Assembly (NCBI GenBank): GCA_050084515.1
Contig: CM114271.1
Coordinates: forward strand, 48,732,001-48,796,000
DNA length: 64,000 nt
DNA from: Blasia pusilla
Taxonomy: Eukaryota
Reading direction: 5' to 3'
Shown here: one piece after another, positions 60,136 through 64,000 of the stretch
How the letters are laid out: each line of letters begins with the position of its first letter
Position numbering within the stretch: position 1 is the first letter of the stretch
Made by a program: the position numbers and the translations under genes
The notes under the pieces: generated by a model
What the model was told of the DNA's origin: nothing
Seen by the model: only the letters and a program-made list of their open reading frames with translations
Database searches by the model: none

Positions 60136-61622
60136 TGTCAACTTCAGTTCCAATTCGCACCGCGCCAGATCTGTAGGAGACTAAGGTGGGAATGGGAACT
60201 TCAGTTTTGATTCTTGCCTGCACCAAAAGAGACTACCTCGGGATAGAAAAGGGCAACGGATTGATCCCAATGAGAACTTGGGTTCCGATTGCTGCGCTAC
60301 TTTGCCAACTCGCCTAAACTTGGACGTATGAAAATCCTTCACCTAAAAGAGTGCCAAATTGGAACTTCAGTTCCAAATGCTCTTGGCTCACTCCTTCCTT
60401 CACAGAAGAATGACGAAATTGGAACTGAAGTTCCAATTGCTCACTCCTCCCTCTCTGCTTCACACGCCGTGCCGCGCCTTCGTAGGGAGAGCCGCGCCCA
60501 CTTGACACTCTATGGATTGGAACTACATTTCCGATTCTTTCTCCTTCCTCCCTCTCCGCGCCTAAAGAAGAGCCACGCCCCAATTGAAAGGTCACGGAAT
60601 AGGAACTGAAGTTCCAATTCTTCTCTCCTTCCTCTAAACGCCGTGCTGAAATTCAGAGTCACGCCAACCTCACTCCTTGGGCCGTGCCAAAGGGGATCAG
60701 AACTTGAGTTCTGATTGCCTTCACTATCCTCTCCACCTCCCTGAAGAGAACCCACAATTGAGGAGCGGAATCAGAGCTACAGTTCTGATTCGTGGTGTGT
60801 CATCTCCACCTCCCTGTAGAGAAGACACACCAAAACTCAGGAGCGGAAAGGGAACTAGAGTTCCGATTGCCTCCTTCCTATCCTCTCCATGTCCTTGTAG
60901 AGAAGACCCACAAGTGAAGTGCGGAATGGGAACTGAAGTTCCAATTTCCTCCTCACTTCACTTCACTTCCCTACGCCGCCGCACTATGCCACGCCATAGT
61001 CAACAACACTTGAGACACTCCACTATTTTCCAGCTGCTACAGAATTGGAACTTGAGTTCCTAATCCTCCTTGCTTCCTTGTCACTCCTGCCACGCCAATC
61101 TCTGCTAAGCCATCGAGATGACCACCATGCAGTTGAACCAAGCCTTGGCTCAACTGTGCTCATAATGGAAGTGGAGTTCCAAATCCCTTTTGCAGCTCCT
61201 TGTCATCCTTGCCGCGCCGTGTCGTGTCACGCCCTTCAGATGACTCAACCCTTGTTGTTGAATCAAACTTCAGTTCCAATTCCCACTTCGCCGCTTTGCT
61301 CCAAACTGTGTCTTGGGAGGGATCTCCTAAATCAGAACTTAAGTTCTCATGCCTCCCTCAACTCCACCAACTCTATGGCTAGCAGTTCTAGTTACACTCC
61401 AATAACAACTCCAAACTAGTGGTATTAGTTCCTCCATACTAGCGGCATCCCAAACCTTTCCCAACCTCTCACCGAGGAAAAGCTACATGGTAGCTTCTTC
61501 CTTGCCTTTCCTGAACCACGTTCACAAGGGAAATCGGAACTTCAACTCCGATTGAAGAGCTCTCCTCCTCCTCACTCCTTCTCACTTTCCAACCAAGGGC
61601 TATCAGAACTTAAGTTCTGATG
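60136..61622. repeat. Array of about 17 dispersed 22-bp palindromes (consensus AATYRGAACT-NN-AGTTCYRATT) in the leader of copy 3
   Basis: Copies start near 60136, 60191, 60269, 60357, 60417, 60515, 60598, 60695, 60769, 60847, 60925, 61043, 61163, 61261, 61330, 61532, 61601. Confidence 0.88.
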
Positions 61623-64000
61623 CCTCGCAGAACAGCTCCAGCGCTGCTCTTCTACCCTTTCCATACCGGTGATCCCCTCATCTCAAGGAATCTGTGCGAC
61701 TATGGGGAATCTTTTGGAATCTTTCTTAAGCGAGCTCCATTTCTGGTCTCGTTTTCACTATTGCACTCAGTTTTTGCAATCTTTCCAATGGTGAATTCAA
61801 CTCTCATAAAATCCTGCAAAATCAAACACCATTGTGCTCTCCTTACATTCACTTCTTGCTTGATTTTCCTCCTGCCCAACATTCATCCGATTTGGTCCAG
61901 AATCAAGCACACCCCACTCAAAATCAGCAACGAAGTGCCCACGCACTTGCTGACTTGCCCACACTCAATCAGGTCACGATTGACACTGATTTCCTTACCA
62001 TAATTATCGTAGGAACTCCATCCCTACAATCTGATCCTTAATTGCTCCACTCTTGAGCAACTCCACTAGGATTGAGAAGCCTCCTCCTCTTCAAATCCTG
62101 TTACATCTGTCGCATTGCACAAATTTCTCAATTTTGAACATCTCACTTTGATTGCACCAATTCTTCTGCCCCTTGTCCTTCCGCATGGTCAGGATTCACT
62201 AGCTTGCAATTTTTGCAAACTCCACAGTACCACAATTGTGCTCTACACCACAAATTGAGTCCGACTTTCTCTTCTATTCAAAACCAGTGTGCATCTCATT
62301 AGGATATAAAGTTGAATACGAACTATAAACTTTGATGAAATCTCCAATCAACCTTGCGTCATCCAAACAACCATACTCATGATTCTGATACGCACTGCTG
62401 TGACAACAAGAGACGGTATACACAAGGATTCCCAAAATTTGTGATCTCCTTATTGATCACTCCAAGCCCACTCTTCAAGAGAGAATCCAGGCTCAATACA
62501 TGCATGTCGCAATGTATCATGGATCCCAACAAGGGTCTACAATCCTAAAGAGATGAGCTCCAAATTAGACTCATTCGAGGTATACTCCCCTGGGCGCCTC
62601 CATGGGTGACCTGTACACGCAGCTCACCTCCCTCCTAGCAGGTCACTACCAACCTATAGTACACCCATACTAGCTCCCTAACAACTACACATGCGGTCCC
62701 CTCATGAGACCAACTACCAACTAACTCATGACCCTATAGGTCCAAGTGGAGCCATACATGGCTGGGAAGGTCAACCTCTCCAAGGTTGCCACTCCTCATA
62801 AAGGGAAGGGTGACCTACACTCCTAGATCACCTCCTAAGAGCAGGTCACATATGAACTCTCAAAATAAGGAAGTACAAGACCCCTCTAAGGTCTCGATAC
62901 TATTCAGCCCTACGCCTCATCTACCATGATATTTGTCGTATTGTACAACAGTGAGCATAGCAATCCCAAGCCTTTTACCACTCCGTAACTATTTTGGATC
63001 TAGTCTCCTATTCATGCCAGTGATCAAACACACAACAAGGCCCTTTACAAACCCCTACCTGTTGTATCACATATATACTCTCAATCCATGCCAACACAAC
63101 CTTGTTGCCCGTAAATTTGATAATCATCTGCATCTGTTTCAACTTCTTCCATCCACGTGTTTACTAAACTTACAATTTTTACCTATTTGTTTCCACATTT
63201 TCATGGAATATCCATTGTTTTCTCTTTACTACACTTCCAATTTTTATCTATATGTTCCCACCTTTTTAGAACTCGCCCATTTTTTTCTCCGTTTTCAAAG
63301 TTGTTGTACTGCGCTGGTAACTCCTACATTGACTCTATGAAGGGCCGCATTCTTGTTAATTGGCATTGCTCTTGATTGAGATGGCCGCCCGTTATCTGGG
63401 GAGAGTTGAACTAGGGAGCTCTTTGGGAGGACTTTGTATCAATTTGGCCAACCTCTTGTCACCTAGTGCTCGATGGAGAGAGGTTGGTTGGATTGCAATT
63501 CATGTGGCAAATATGGACTTGAGAAGCCTGTGTTTTGTGAAGAGTACAATGAGGCTTGAGCAAAAGGTGTAGTACGCATTATGATGGGCCATACATACAC
63601 TATGCCAAAATAGGAAAATGTTACATTGATGACATTCTCATCTTATGATAACACATGTCAAATTGTGAATCTATTGCCTAATTGGAGGATGCAAATTTTT
63701 TTAGCCATTATGATAGACACATCACTAGATATCTTTCAAAAATATTTGTGATCACGTTAAATAGGGGTTATACAAAGAGGTTGGTAAGGAAAGTGAACTA
63801 TTAAATGCAAATTTGTGCATCTCATAATCCCTTACTAGTTCGATTAAATGGGATAACACATTATGTAGGCCTAATTAACATGACCGAATCTTACACTTTT
63901 CTATCCAAAGCCATACTAGGAAATAGGCTGTTGGAGAACAATTTCATCACGAATAGACGTAGGTGCCGTGAAAGCCAAAAGGCACTCTTTGTGGTAGAAG

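Larger units (their letters stand above)
52044..62931 (-). mobile_element. Gypsy copy 3 (different subfamily) with DNMT and PHD, RT core deleted; A1 62931-62306, B1 52884-52768, A2 52765-52161, B2 52160-52044
   Basis: 4-bp TSD TTTG (52040-52043 and 62932-62935); A1/A2 and B1/B2 repeats; gag, protease, DNMT, RNaseH, integrase and PHD remnants. Confidence 0.95.

Noticed and set aside
60136-61622. CRISPR array
   Set aside because: Repeats are degenerate and irregularly spaced, there are no cas genes, and the context is a eukaryotic retrotransposon leader
62936-64000. Continuation of the Helitron ORF beyond copy 3
   Set aside because: Plausible from the TSD position, but no diagnostic motif was recognised

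Overview
Repeat-rich eukaryotic (streptophyte, probably bryophyte-grade) nuclear DNA with two intact spliced host genes arranged head to head: a plastid sulfate ABC permease of the CysW/SulP2 type (minus, 26139-30083) and an ABC1/AarF (ADCK1-like) atypical kinase (plus, about 31265-43709). Nests of transposons flank them. The main result is a family of Ty3/Gypsy-type retrotransposons present as two TSD-bounded copies (1098-9374 plus, 52044-62931 minus), one truncated copy (about 18117-21884) and several solo or fragment ends. It combines four features. (i) The polyprotein runs Gag-protease-C5 DNA methyltransferase (DNMT3-like motif order)-RT-RNaseH-DDE integrase-PHD finger. (ii) The ends are split direct repeats, A-internal-B-A-B, as in tyrosine-recombinase Ngaro/PAT elements, yet with TG..CA termini and 4-bp TSDs. 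(iii) A covarying hairpin plus purine tract precedes B1, and I see no tRNA PBS. (iv) One copy has about 17 dispersed 22-bp palindromes in a 2.7-kb leader. Also present: an EN-RT LINE between (CT)n tracts, two 1.28-kb solo LTRs, a degraded Helitron and a hAT-like non-autonomous element. Coordinates were read by eye and no database searches were run.
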